A stretch of DNA of 57,899 nt, taken from the sequence record NC_041953.1, one strand, 5' to 3'. The stretch comes from Pseudomonas phage PaMx25. A program made the translations under genes and the position numbers. Shown here in pieces: positions 45,315 to 53,395 of the stretch; position 1 is the stretch's first letter; the number at the start of each line of letters is the position of its first letter. Below the pieces are notes generated by a model. It did not search any database and was not told the DNA's origin. It saw nothing but the letters and a program-made list of their open reading frames with translations.

Positions 45315-47765
45315 TTAGGATTTCTTCGCTTGAGCAGCGTAGTCGGGCAGCTTGATCACGCGGTACGCCTTGCCATGATAGTTGTAGGCCTCAGCGACCT
45401 TCGCCTTATCCACTTCCATCAGGTAGCCGTTATTCACAGCGGACTGAATGGCAAGGTCTAGCGCCGCGTTCTGCCCTGCGCGATGGTTGTAATACGACGC
45501 CACGCGCGCTGTGCGGATCTGCAGATAGCTCCGCGGAACGATGCTGTTCTGCCGCATCTCTTCGGGCACCTTGTAACTGGCTGCAAGCGGGTTCGCAAGG
45601 TAGTCGCGCAGCAGTGCCATGAGCTTGCGTTCGCGCGCTGTGTCGCCTGTACCGACGTCACCCGTATCCAGGCGCCTGCTCATGATCATGATGTCCCTGC
45701 GAATCACGTCCAGCGCCCAGTCGAGATGCTCCTTCGTGACACACGGGTTGATCCAGTTGTCCGCTACCGCAAGCAGGCCCGCAATTCGGAGCACCTTGAG
45801 CGCAGCACGGTTCCACATCTGTCGTCGGGACTCGTCGTCAGTGCTGTTGATCTCACGGTCACACTCCTGTTCGAATGCCCACATGATCTGGGCAGCTTCC
45901 TCGGTACGGCCGAGCGGCTGGGATGTCTGCCCACCAATGAGGTTCTGTGCCTGGAATGCGAGCTTCACGAGCGCGTCCTGCAATGCAGCGTCCGGAACCA
46001 TCACCTGCGACGAGTTCATGGGAGGTCGCTCGCCGTCGTACTCGATGATCAAGAAGCGGGAAAGGAACCCGTCTTCCATCATCGACTCAGTGAGCGCCTC
46101 GTAGAACGTGCTCGGTGTGGTTTCGCCGATCATGCTATACGCCACACCGCTGATCGACGCGATGTTGTTATCCTTGTTCGAGTACCCGATGCCGCCAACA
46201 ATGGATTGCGGGCCGGACTTCTGATACAGGTTCGTCATCTGCGTGCGCAGTGTGCTGAGCGGGCCGTCTCGATCGTCATTGGCCAGTCGTTTGAGCTTGC
46301 GCCCCCACTCACCGGACACATTCACGAAAGACGGATTGCTGGCGCATGCCTTGATAAGTGCAGGGCCTGACGCAAAGTCTGTGAAGTCGATGAAATTGTG
46401 GAACGTGGGCATGTTGGAGGTGCAAGCACGAATCAGCGAACTGATCCCGCTGTGCATCGCCTCTTTCCCGATAGCAGAACGCGCCACGAGAATGATATAC
46501 ATGTTCAGACCTGACTGCGGAATGTGCCATGCTTTACCACACAAGCCCGCCAGCAAGCCCAGCGATGCAACGATCGCGACTTCCTTGACGGGGCGCGGTG
46601 CGCTCTGATAGATGTACTGCGCAATCCGTCCGGCGAACCCAGGCGGCCAGGGTAAGCCTTTCGAACCCGCTTGCACGACGTCCATGGACACTGGACCCGC
46701 CATGGTAGCGGCGACAGGTGTGGGCTGACTCAGCTGTACGGGGTCACCGCGCCCCTGTACGTGCAGCGGGACCGCTGTGCGCTGCTGTGGGGCACCAGCC
46801 GCGGGCATACCGCCCTGGAGTCGCTGCACCTCCTGCATGGCAAGCCTGCGCGCTTCCAGCATGGTATCGGCCGCCTGTACCAGTGCGCTGGCATTGACGG
46901 ACTTCTCCCGTGCTTCACGCGAACGAATGGTGGCCAGCGTGCGGTTGAGGTAGCGGTCGTCCTTGACGGACTTCTCACGCTTGCCCAGCGCCGAGTCACG
47001 GAACAACCGCCGGCACTGATCATTCGACGGGCTGTAGAAGGTGAGCATGGACATGAGCGCGAGGTCTGCTTCCGATTGGCTCGGGAAGCCCATCGACTCC
47101 CATTGCCCAAGCCACAGCCCGCAGAACTTGTCCGAGTTGGCCGCGCCCACCGCGCGCACCAGTACAGACCAATCGTCCTCATCCGCTGCAAGCTCTTCCA
47201 GCGCGAAGTCAGCTGCCTGTTCCTTGGGCCGCATCTGCGACGCCATGTTGAGCAGCATGGGCTGACACTCGCGAACGGGCTTGTCCTGAACGACGCTGCC
47301 CGTGCAGATGATGAAACGCTCTTGCGAGTAGATCTCAACCCCGTCGCGACGCACACCCTTCCCGATGCTACCGCGAACCCATATATGCAGGCCCTTCCCG
47401 CTGCGCGACGCTTCCGCATAGCTGTCGAAACCCAGCATGATCCGATAGAACAGATCGTACTGTTCAGGGGTCGTCCAGAGTTCGGGCTTGTCGGGGCAGT
47501 TCTGGGCGTCCTTGACGTCCAGGTCGATGCAGGAATAAGGGTCGGACTCGTGCAGCACGAACCCGATATCGAACCCGTTGGCGAATGCGACTTGTGCAGC
47601 CGTGTCGAAGTCCATCCACTGCGACGGCTGGGTCACAGAGGCGTTGAATAGTTTTCCGTCAGGGCCGACCGACAGCGGAGCCTTGTTAGCACCAGCAACA
47701 CACCACTGGCGCAGGTACTTGAGCTCAGCCGGAAGACGCGCCCATGCTTGAGCGCGTGTGGTCAT
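45315..47765 (-). CDS. primase-helicase (AEP PrimPol domain + C-terminal helicase/D5-like domain)
   Basis: CIDLDVKD and SGKGLHIWV primase-polymerase motifs in N-terminal third; large C-terminal NTPase-like region; likely start at ATG 47765 forming ATGA overlap with the upstream HTH gene (track ORF starts TTG 47804). Confidence 0.7.
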   Translation of the reverse strand: MTTRAQAWARLPAELKYLRQWCVAGANKAPLSVGPDGKLFNASVTQPSQWMDFDTAAQVAFANGFDIGFVLHESDPYSCIDLDVKDAQNCPDKPELWTTPEQYDLFYRIMLGFDSYAEASRSGKGLHIWVRGSIGKGVRRDGVEIYSQERFIICTGSVVQDKPVRECQPMLLNMASQMRPKEQAADFALEELAADEDDWSVLVRAVGAANSDKFCGLWLGQWESMGFPSQSEADLALMSMLTFYSPSNDQCRRLFRDSALGKREKSVKDDRYLNRTLATIRSREAREKSVNASALVQAADTMLEARRLAMQEVQRLQGGMPAAGAPQQRTAVPLHVQGRGDPVQLSQPTPVAATMAGPVSMDVVQAGSKGLPWPPGFAGRIAQYIYQSAPRPVKEVAIVASLGLLAGLCGKAWHIPQSGLNMYIILVARSAIGKEAMHSGISSLIRACTSNMPTFHNFIDFTDFASGPALIKACASNPSFVNVSGEWGRKLKRLANDDRDGPLSTLRTQMTNLYQKSGPQSIVGGIGYSNKDNNIASISGVAYSMIGETTPSTFYEALTESMMEDGFLSRFLIIEYDGERPPMNSSQVMVPDAALQDALVKLAFQAQNLIGGQTSQPLGRTEEAAQIMWAFEQECDREINSTDDESRRQMWNRAALKVLRIAGLLAVADNWINPCVTKEHLDWALDVIRRDIMIMSRRLDTGDVGTGDTARERKLMALLRDYLANPLAASYKVPEEMRQNSIVPRSYLQIRTARVASYYNHRAGQNAALDLAIQSAVNNGYLMEVDKAKVAEAYNYHGKAYRVIKLPDYAAQAKKS

Positions 47766-48022
47766 ACCAGTTCGCCCCTCCGCGCTTGCAGCATGATCCG
47801 CCAAGCGTCCAGGTACGGGCGAACGACATCGCGTTTCCAGATGAAGATCTGCGCGCCATTAACGATAATCGGATCGGGCAGCAGGCCCCGGCGACGCGCA
47901 TTTACGAGGGTGGCACGGCATACACCGAGCTCTTGGCCAATTTCGCTCGACGTGATATAGATCTCGTCAAACTCCTGCTGAGCAGTCTTTTCAACTTCCG
48001 TCATTATGTAGTCCCCGGACAA
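47762..48022 (-). CDS. HTH DNA-binding protein (excisionase/MerR-like fold), likely early regulator
   Basis: SSEIGQELGVCRATLVNARRRGLLP helix-turn-helix; first gene of leftward operon; inverted repeats immediately upstream. Confidence 0.5.
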   Translation of the reverse strand: MSGDYIMTEVEKTAQQEFDEIYITSSEIGQELGVCRATLVNARRRGLLPDPIIVNGAQIFIWKRDVVRPYLDAWRIMLQARRGELV

Positions 48023-48031
48023 ACTAGGAGC

Positions 48032-48090
48032 GCGAACGCGACACCCGAATGGCTCAGCAGTGTAGCGCGTTCGCTGTGTTATCGCAACAC
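48032..48090. promoter_or_regulatory. inverted repeats upstream of HTH gene (operator candidates)
   Basis: GCGAACGCG (48032-40) / CGCGTTCGC (48066-74) and GTGTT-N5-AACAC (48076-90). Confidence 0.3.
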
Positions 48091-48094
48091 ATGT

Positions 48095-48739
48095 TTAGTT
48101 GAGCGGTTTCTGCGCCTTGATAGCTTCGTACTCCGCGCGCTTGGTGGCAACGTACTGAGCCCACTGCACCTCCGCCTCCTTGCGCTGCCTGCATGCGAGC
48201 ATATAAGCGTCATAGGCAACCTTGAGCGCCTTGGCGTGCTCCGACTCAGGGCTGCCGTCGTCTTTCTCGCGCAACTGATGCCGGCGCTGAGCTTCACGGT
48301 TCTGACGTGCGCGCTTCTGGGCAGGGGTTTCCTCCTGGACGTTCTGCTCAGCTAACCACACGGACTGAATCTGGTGTGCGCGCTTCACACGGTCGAGCAT
48401 GGTGTGGCATTCCATTCCCGTGGCATTGCACTTGAACGGCGTCAGTGCGTTGAACAGTATGCTCTTGATCTGAAGCAGATCCACATGGGCAGGGAACTGA
48501 ACGTCGTGCGGACGCTCTGCCCAGCACGCGCGCCACATCTCCATGGCCTGGTCAGTGTAGAACTGTTCCACGGGTACGCACTCCACGCCCTGCGCCAGCG
48601 CTTGCGTGTGCAGCGCTTGCAGGTAGTGCAGCACCACTGACGGATCAGGGTTATCGTTGTCAATCTGGTTGAAGTAACTGAGCGGATCTTGCTGCGCAGG
48701 CTGGGGGAACGCGGTAGCATCGAAATCAAGTTGAGCCAT
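48095..48739 (-). CDS. hypothetical protein
   Basis: ATG 48739 (MAQLDFDATAFPQ...) with AGGAG RBS; shares N-terminal MAQL(D/N)FDAT with the 39552-40394 protein; charged helical C-terminus. Confidence 0.45.
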   Translation of the reverse strand: MAQLDFDATAFPQPAQQDPLSYFNQIDNDNPDPSVVLHYLQALHTQALAQGVECVPVEQFYTDQAMEMWRACWAERPHDVQFPAHVDLLQIKSILFNALTPFKCNATGMECHTMLDRVKRAHQIQSVWLAEQNVQEETPAQKRARQNREAQRRHQLREKDDGSPESEHAKALKVAYDAYMLACRQRKEAEVQWAQYVATKRAEYEAIKAQKPLN

Positions 48740-48905
48740 GATAAAAACTCCTGGAATGAATTGAACAGTGCATAAGCTAAGGCATGGGGAGGGGCATTGC
48801 AAGATATAAGGGAGGGCCATGCTTTATTGGGGCGGCCAAACACACTCGGGGTCGGGTCGGTACGCGCAGCCGGGGGTCAGGATCCCCCTCCCTTAGATAA
48901 GCCTA

Positions 48906-48967
48906 CTGTATATAGTGTTAATATGTTTATTTGTTATATGGTATAGAGGACCCCCGCATTATGCGGG
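48906..48967. promoter_or_regulatory. AT-rich island with multiple -10-like elements plus perfect hairpin in divergent control region (early promoter/origin candidate)
   Basis: TATATAGTGTTAATATGTTTATTTGTTATATGGTATAGA in a >60% GC genome; CCCGCAT-t-ATGCGGG hairpin 48953-67; candidate leftward promoter ATAACA-N17-TATATA on - strand. Confidence 0.35.
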
Positions 48968-49077
48968 CGCGTGCGCGATCAACGCCGACGGCTGGTGGAA
49001 ACCGGAACTGATAAGCCATGGCTCGGGGCTTGCGTGTTAATGTGTTCGGTTCGGTCTAAAAGATTTGCAGAAGTCGC

Positions 49078-49106
49078 TTGCATAGGTCTGAAGTTCGTCC
49101 TATATT
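49078..49106 (+). promoter_or_regulatory. sigma70-like promoter TTGCAT-N17-TATATT for rightward early genes
   Basis: Hexamers 49078-83 and 49101-06, ~34 nt upstream of ATG 49140; best match to consensus in the window. Confidence 0.45.
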
Positions 49107-49139
49107 AACACCATACCGCAACGCACTAGGAGAACTGAA

Positions 49140-49304
49140 ATGACTGTCATCAAATTCACCGCCCAGGCCTACACGCAGATCGGTGAGCTGATCCGTCTGC
49201 CCCGCCCTGAAGCTAAGTTCTGGAAGGTCTATAAGATTGTGGATGGCAAGGCCTACGCTAAGCCCGCTGGCTTTGGCACCGACCCGCGCGTTGCTTGCTG
49301 CTAA
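49140..49304 (+). CDS. small early protein (54 aa)
   Basis: ATG 49140 with CTAGGAGAACTGA leader; MTVIKFTAQAYTQIGELIRLPRPEAKFWKVYKIVDGKAYAKPAGFGTDPRVACC; below ORF-track cutoff. Confidence 0.4.
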   Translation: MTVIKFTAQAYTQIGELIRLPRPEAKFWKVYKIVDGKAYAKPAGFGTDPRVACC

Positions 49305-49328
49305 CTGTGGTTATCTAGGAGAACTGAC

Positions 49329-49631
49329 ATGGCAAACATCATCACCGAACTGACCGCTCGCATCGAAGACTATCGTTCGACCAACAAGAACCCGTGCAAG
49401 AACTACGCCACCCAGGCAGCAGCGGAGAAGGCCACCGCTAAGATGGCCCAGGCTGCTGCGACCTACTTCGACAAGCAGAACCGTGAAGACGCTCCGTCCG
49501 CTGACTACGTTGTCTTCTACGTGGAAGCCTGGGGTCGCTGGGTGGGCTGCATTAACCTGTCCGAGCTCCTGCGCCGCAGCAACTCGACGGGCGGATACCT
49601 CGGCTTCTGCAAAGACTTCTTCACCTACTGA
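49329..49631 (+). CDS. hypothetical early protein
   Basis: 100 aa; same duplicated leader CTAGGAGAACTGAC-ATG as the preceding small gene. Confidence 0.45.
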   Translation: MANIITELTARIEDYRSTNKNPCKNYATQAAAEKATAKMAQAAATYFDKQNREDAPSADYVVFYVEAWGRWVGCINLSELLRRSNSTGGYLGFCKDFFTY

Positions 49632-49692
49632 CAAGCGGAGCCACTGTGGTCATCACAGGGCTTAGCGCTTGCAAGATATCCAAAACGCCCGC

Positions 49693-49721
49693 TTGTGCTC
49701 CGGCACGGTGGGCGTTATAGT
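49693..49721 (+). promoter_or_regulatory. promoter candidate TTGTGC-N17-TATAGT at start of a ~320-nt noncoding leader
   Basis: Hexamers 49693-98 and 49716-21; overlaps a nested hairpin (ACGCCCGC..GTGC-tccg-GCAC..GGTGGGCGT). Confidence 0.3.
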
Positions 49722-50045
49722 ATGCAGCGAGTAACAGCCCACAGCGCAGCAGTGAGCTCCACTATACACGGTGGATGAATCTGCGAGGCTTGGGACTCCC
49801 CTTCCGGCGGGGCAGGAGACCACATAATCCACCGGACGCAACAGAAACGAAACCGCCGTGCCTAGGTCTGTCGGAGCCCGGATATGGGCCTTACTCGCAA
49901 GGACGACAGAACGAAGCGAAACCGTGTGCGTGCCCGTGTGGGCGGGCGTGCAAGCGGGTAGGCCCCACACGCCTACGAATATGGTGCGCGGCCTGGGACT
50001 GGTGCCTGGGTCGCGTTTCCTCTTGACTTCAATAGGAGCTCACCA

Positions 50046-50678
50046 ATGAGCGAATTCAGAACAACCGGAGACGGTAGCTTCAGCCTTGGATCACGCACGT
50101 GGCCCGGACTGAGTAAGCTGGTCGAAGAGTGTGGTGAGGTCTTGCAAATCGCCGGCAAGATCATGGGCACTGGTGGAGCGGTGCAGCATTGGGACGGGCA
50201 AGGTGATCTGGACCAGCGCATTGCCCTGGAGCTGTGCGACCTGTTCGCAGCGGCCCGCGCCTTCTTTCAGCTCAACGGGTTTGACGGCAACCCTGTCTAT
50301 ATTCAGCGAGAGATTCAGAAGTATCGCCAGTTCCTCAAGTGGCATTCCGAGAACCTGCCCGACAAGGACGACAGTATCACCGAAGAGATCCAGGCACTGG
50401 ATCAGATGCTAGAGCCGGATGAGACTTGGCCTGCACAGTTCCCTCAGGCGAACTCCACGCTTATCGGCACGCCGGAAGACCGTGCATCCGGTAAGGTCAT
50501 TGACCTGCCTGTCTATCGTTACGAGGACGCCGAAGGTAAGCCTCACGTCATCTCCAAGTGGAAACTCAGCGCATCCGAGCTCGCAGAGGTCATGCGAACC
50601 GGACACGTCTGGCTCCACGCTTGGGGCACTACCCATCCGCCCATCGCAGTGTCGGGCGCCAACCCGTTCAAGGAGTAA
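50046..50678 (+). CDS. MazG-like (DUF550-type) N-terminal domain protein
   Basis: LVEECGEVLQIAGKIMG and ALELCDLF resemble the EExGE / ELxD MazG-fold motifs. Confidence 0.45.
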   Translation: MSEFRTTGDGSFSLGSRTWPGLSKLVEECGEVLQIAGKIMGTGGAVQHWDGQGDLDQRIALELCDLFAAARAFFQLNGFDGNPVYIQREIQKYRQFLKWHSENLPDKDDSITEEIQALDQMLEPDETWPAQFPQANSTLIGTPEDRASGKVIDLPVYRYEDAEGKPHVISKWKLSASELAEVMRTGHVWLHAWGTTHPPIAVSGANPFKE

Positions 50679-50680
50679 GC

Positions 50681-51199
50681 ATGAATCAACAAGTCGGAAG
50701 TCTGTCCGTGCGCGTCGGTGTGCAGTGCGCCGGCGTGCTGTCGTTCCTGGAGTACCTTCAGGATGCAGTGACGAGCGGTGATATCACTCCGGTGACCGCC
50801 ACCAAGCTGGAAGAGCTGCTGAAGGGCGTCACTGTGGTCACCGCCTCACCCGATGCCAACGTCGAGCGTAACCGCCAGATGCTCCTGGATCGCAGCGTCG
50901 TCGGGCTCAAGAAGTATGGCGTCACGACCGAACGCGAAGATCTGAACCTCGGGCAATGGGTGCAGCATGCCATCGAAGAAGTTCTTGACCTCGCCAACTA
51001 CCTGCAAGCCCTGAAGGCGAACATCGAAGCGGAAGAGAACCGCATCCGCAAGGCGTTCCTGGAAGGGTTCCAGATGCGCGGTGAAGCGGACAGCGCCAGC
51101 CCGAACGGGTGCGTGTGGCGCAGCCCTGAGGAAGCCTGGGTCAATTCCGATGCGGAGGAAGAGTTCCGTGTCGTGATGCGCAAGCAGGCGGGCAGCTGA
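50681..51199 (+). CDS. hypothetical protein
   Basis: ATG 50681 preceded by GGAGTAAGC; 172 aa; ATGA-type coupling downstream. Confidence 0.4.
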   Translation: MNQQVGSLSVRVGVQCAGVLSFLEYLQDAVTSGDITPVTATKLEELLKGVTVVTASPDANVERNRQMLLDRSVVGLKKYGVTTEREDLNLGQWVQHAIEEVLDLANYLQALKANIEAEENRIRKAFLEGFQMRGEADSASPNGCVWRSPEEAWVNSDAEEEFRVVMRKQAGS

Positions 51200-51627
51200 T
51201 GAACGGTGCGACATACGAAGACGCCTTCAACCTGCTGTGCGGCAAGCTGCTCGGTGAGGGTATCCATCGGAAGGTTTTCGAATGTCGCCTGCGCGACGAT
51301 CTAGTCGTGAAGGTGGAGCCTGAAGAGAACTGGCGTTACTTCGCCAACGTGCTCGAGATGCGTTTCTGGAACGATCACGAGCACTACAAGAAGGTGGCGG
51401 ACTGGCTCGCTCCGTGTGAATACCTGTCACCCGACGGGCGCATCTTGCTACAGCGCAAGGCTTCGCCTATAGTGGATCGGTCGGCGCTACCTGAGCAAGT
51501 GCCAGCCTTCTTGAGCGACCTGAAGCCTGAGAACTTCGGTATGCTCGACGGGCGGCTGGTGTGCCTGGACTACGCAATGACGATTCCGAACCCCTCAACT
51601 AGATTGAAGAAAGTGGATTGGCGATGA
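51199..51627 (+). CDS. minimal protein kinase-like protein
   Basis: 142 aa with Gly-rich loop LGEGIHRKVF, Lys in LVVKVE, catalytic-loop-like SDLKPENFG and LDYAM (DFG-like); lacks a C-lobe. Confidence 0.4.
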   Translation: MNGATYEDAFNLLCGKLLGEGIHRKVFECRLRDDLVVKVEPEENWRYFANVLEMRFWNDHEHYKKVADWLAPCEYLSPDGRILLQRKASPIVDRSALPEQVPAFLSDLKPENFGMLDGRLVCLDYAMTIPNPSTRLKKVDWR

Positions 51628-52109
51628 CTCGAATTAACCTTGTTCCGCCCGAAGAACTGATGGATCAGCACCTGTTCGCGGAGTTCCGCGAGATCAAGAT
51701 GGTGCCCAAGAGCTTGCGCCGCAGCTTGCGGGCAGCAGAGGCGCGCGACGTTAAGGCGCATGGCTACCGCGACGCATACGTCCAGGCCCTTATGGGTCAG
51801 GCTATTGTGCTCGAAGCTGTGCCCAAGGCCTACACGCTCAACACCGGACACGTCAGCTTCTTCTACGACAAAGCCCTGTATCTGCGAAAGCGCTATGCCC
51901 TGCTGAGGGCGGAGCTGGAGCGTCGGGGTATCAACTTCAACCGCGAGAGCCTGCTCGACCCTGACGGTGTGTTCGATGCGCTGGACGAGCGCTTCCGCAA
52001 GGACTACGATCCGACGCCCGAAGCGCTTGCACTGGTGCGACAACGCATCCAAGAGAAGATCGCTCTGAAACCGCACTGGTATCGCCACAACGGAAAGCCC
52101 ATCATATGA
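51624..52109 (+). CDS. denV: pyrimidine dimer DNA glycosylase (T4 endonuclease V / DenV-like)
   Basis: MTRINLVPPEELMDQHLFAEFREI..., GHVSFFYDKALYLRKRYALLRAELERRGINF..., PHWYRHNGKPI collinear with T4 endoV ([23 protein letters not shown]..., GHVTFFYDKLEFLRKR..., PTWYKYYGKAI); ATGA overlap upstream. Confidence 0.85.
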   Translation: MTRINLVPPEELMDQHLFAEFREIKMVPKSLRRSLRAAEARDVKAHGYRDAYVQALMGQAIVLEAVPKAYTLNTGHVSFFYDKALYLRKRYALLRAELERRGINFNRESLLDPDGVFDALDERFRKDYDPTPEALALVRQRIQEKIALKPHWYRHNGKPII

Positions 52110-52393
52110 ATAAGGTCTGCACGCTATGCGGTGCCGAAGGTCACACCGCGCCGAACTGCCCGTGGAACGGACAATCAAAGCGAAGTTCGTTCATCGAGGC
52201 TGTCGTCAATACGCTGGTTGGCCTGGTCATTGCTATGCTTGCCACTGCCGCGATCTGCTGGTTCCACGACATTCCGATGCTGTGGGAGAATAACTTCAAG
52301 ATCACGGCGTGGATGACCGCGCTGTCCGTTGCCCGGAGCTACGTCATCCGCCGTTTCTTCAACCGGAGGAATCTGCCGTGCTCGACTTCATGA
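52106..52393 (+). CDS. CCHC zinc-knuckle membrane protein (paralog 1)
   Basis: N-terminal CTLCGAEGHTAPNCP (C-x2-C-x4-H-x4-C) followed by two TM helices; ATGA overlaps on both sides. Confidence 0.5.
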   Translation: MNKVCTLCGAEGHTAPNCPWNGQSKRSSFIEAVVNTLVGLVIAMLATAAICWFHDIPMLWENNFKITAWMTALSVARSYVIRRFFNRRNLPCSTS

Positions 52394-52911
52394 TTATCGG
52401 CTTGCCCAGATCTGGTACGACCTGGGCGGCCAACCTCTTCACGACGGATGCGGTGCTGTGCCACCACGACCCGCTCTATCACACTCACTATTCGGAATGG
52501 GACGACAAGCTCCAGGCCCCTGTGCCCGTCGGTGTGTCTTGCACTGGCATCTGGCGCTGGACAGACTGGCTCAACGCGCACCCCGCCCGGAAGGTGCTTC
52601 TGCATCGTGACGGTGCAGCGATCGCAGACTCCATGCGACAGATCGGTCTGCCCGAGCTCGACCTGCTGGATGCCGAAGTGAAGCTGAATTCCGTCATGGG
52701 CCTGCATGTGCCCCACACGGATCTATTCGATCCTCGGAAGTGCTGCGACCTGTGGGACTACCTGATGGACGGTCGCGTGCCGTTCAACTGGGCGCGCCAC
52801 AAGCTGCTCGTCGATATCGAGATGCAGCCCAAGTTCAGCGGCCTCACTGTGGGCAAGCACGTCACCCGCCGGCTCATGATTGAGCTTGCATCCGCAGGGG
52901 ATGAGGAATGA
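52390..52911 (+). CDS. sulfotransferase-like protein
   Basis: ATG 52390; PAPS 5'-PSB motif GLPRSGTTW and 3'-PB-like LLHRDGAAIADS; 173 aa. Confidence 0.5.
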   Translation: MIIGLPRSGTTWAANLFTTDAVLCHHDPLYHTHYSEWDDKLQAPVPVGVSCTGIWRWTDWLNAHPARKVLLHRDGAAIADSMRQIGLPELDLLDAEVKLNSVMGLHVPHTDLFDPRKCCDLWDYLMDGRVPFNWARHKLLVDIEMQPKFSGLTVGKHVTRRLMIELASAGDEE

Positions 52912-53330
52912 AGATCTGTATCCTGTGCGGAGGGGTAGGGCACGATCAGTCGGAGTGTCCATGGGTAGAGGCCCAGCAGGAGCGCAGCGTCGCGCCGTTG
53001 TTCGCCATCAGTGCGGTAGTGGCGCTGACCTGCATTGCGTCGGCTGTAAGCCTGGCTGTGTGGTTACATGGGGTGAATCTGTCCTGGGCACAGGCTGCAT
53101 GGCTCGTCCTCGAAGTGTTCCTGGCGGTGTCGGGTAGCACAGCGGCATCGACTGCCCTCTACAAGGCGAAGTTCTGGAGGCGCTGGCTTGCGCAGTGGCG
53201 CTATCGCAAGATCGATCCTGACCTGTGCTGCTGTGGCTCGCAGATGGGGCAGGGTGGAAGCATCTGTCATCATGGCGGGTGCAGGAGCGCCAAGGAGTAC
53301 GCGATCACTCGTGAGCTGGGCGGCAAATAG
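52908..53330 (+). CDS. CCHC zinc-knuckle membrane protein (paralog 2) with extra C-terminal Cys/His cluster
   Basis: CILCGGVGHDQSECP knuckle, TM helices, C-terminal CCCGSQMGQGGSICHHGGC. Confidence 0.5.
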   Translation: MKICILCGGVGHDQSECPWVEAQQERSVAPLFAISAVVALTCIASAVSLAVWLHGVNLSWAQAAWLVLEVFLAVSGSTAASTALYKAKFWRRWLAQWRYRKIDPDLCCCGSQMGQGGSICHHGGCRSAKEYAITRELGGK

Positions 53331-53395
53331 GAATTGTGACAGCGCAGATCGATCGCGTACCATACCGCTTTCACAACCGCAAGAGGAAAACCTTG

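Noticed and set aside
49722-50045. Cobalamin or preQ1 riboswitch upstream of the nucleotide-metabolism genes
   Set aside because: Could not find the B12-box (GCCACTG-type) or the compact preQ1 aptamer features by eye. Left as an unclassified structured region pending an Rfam scan.
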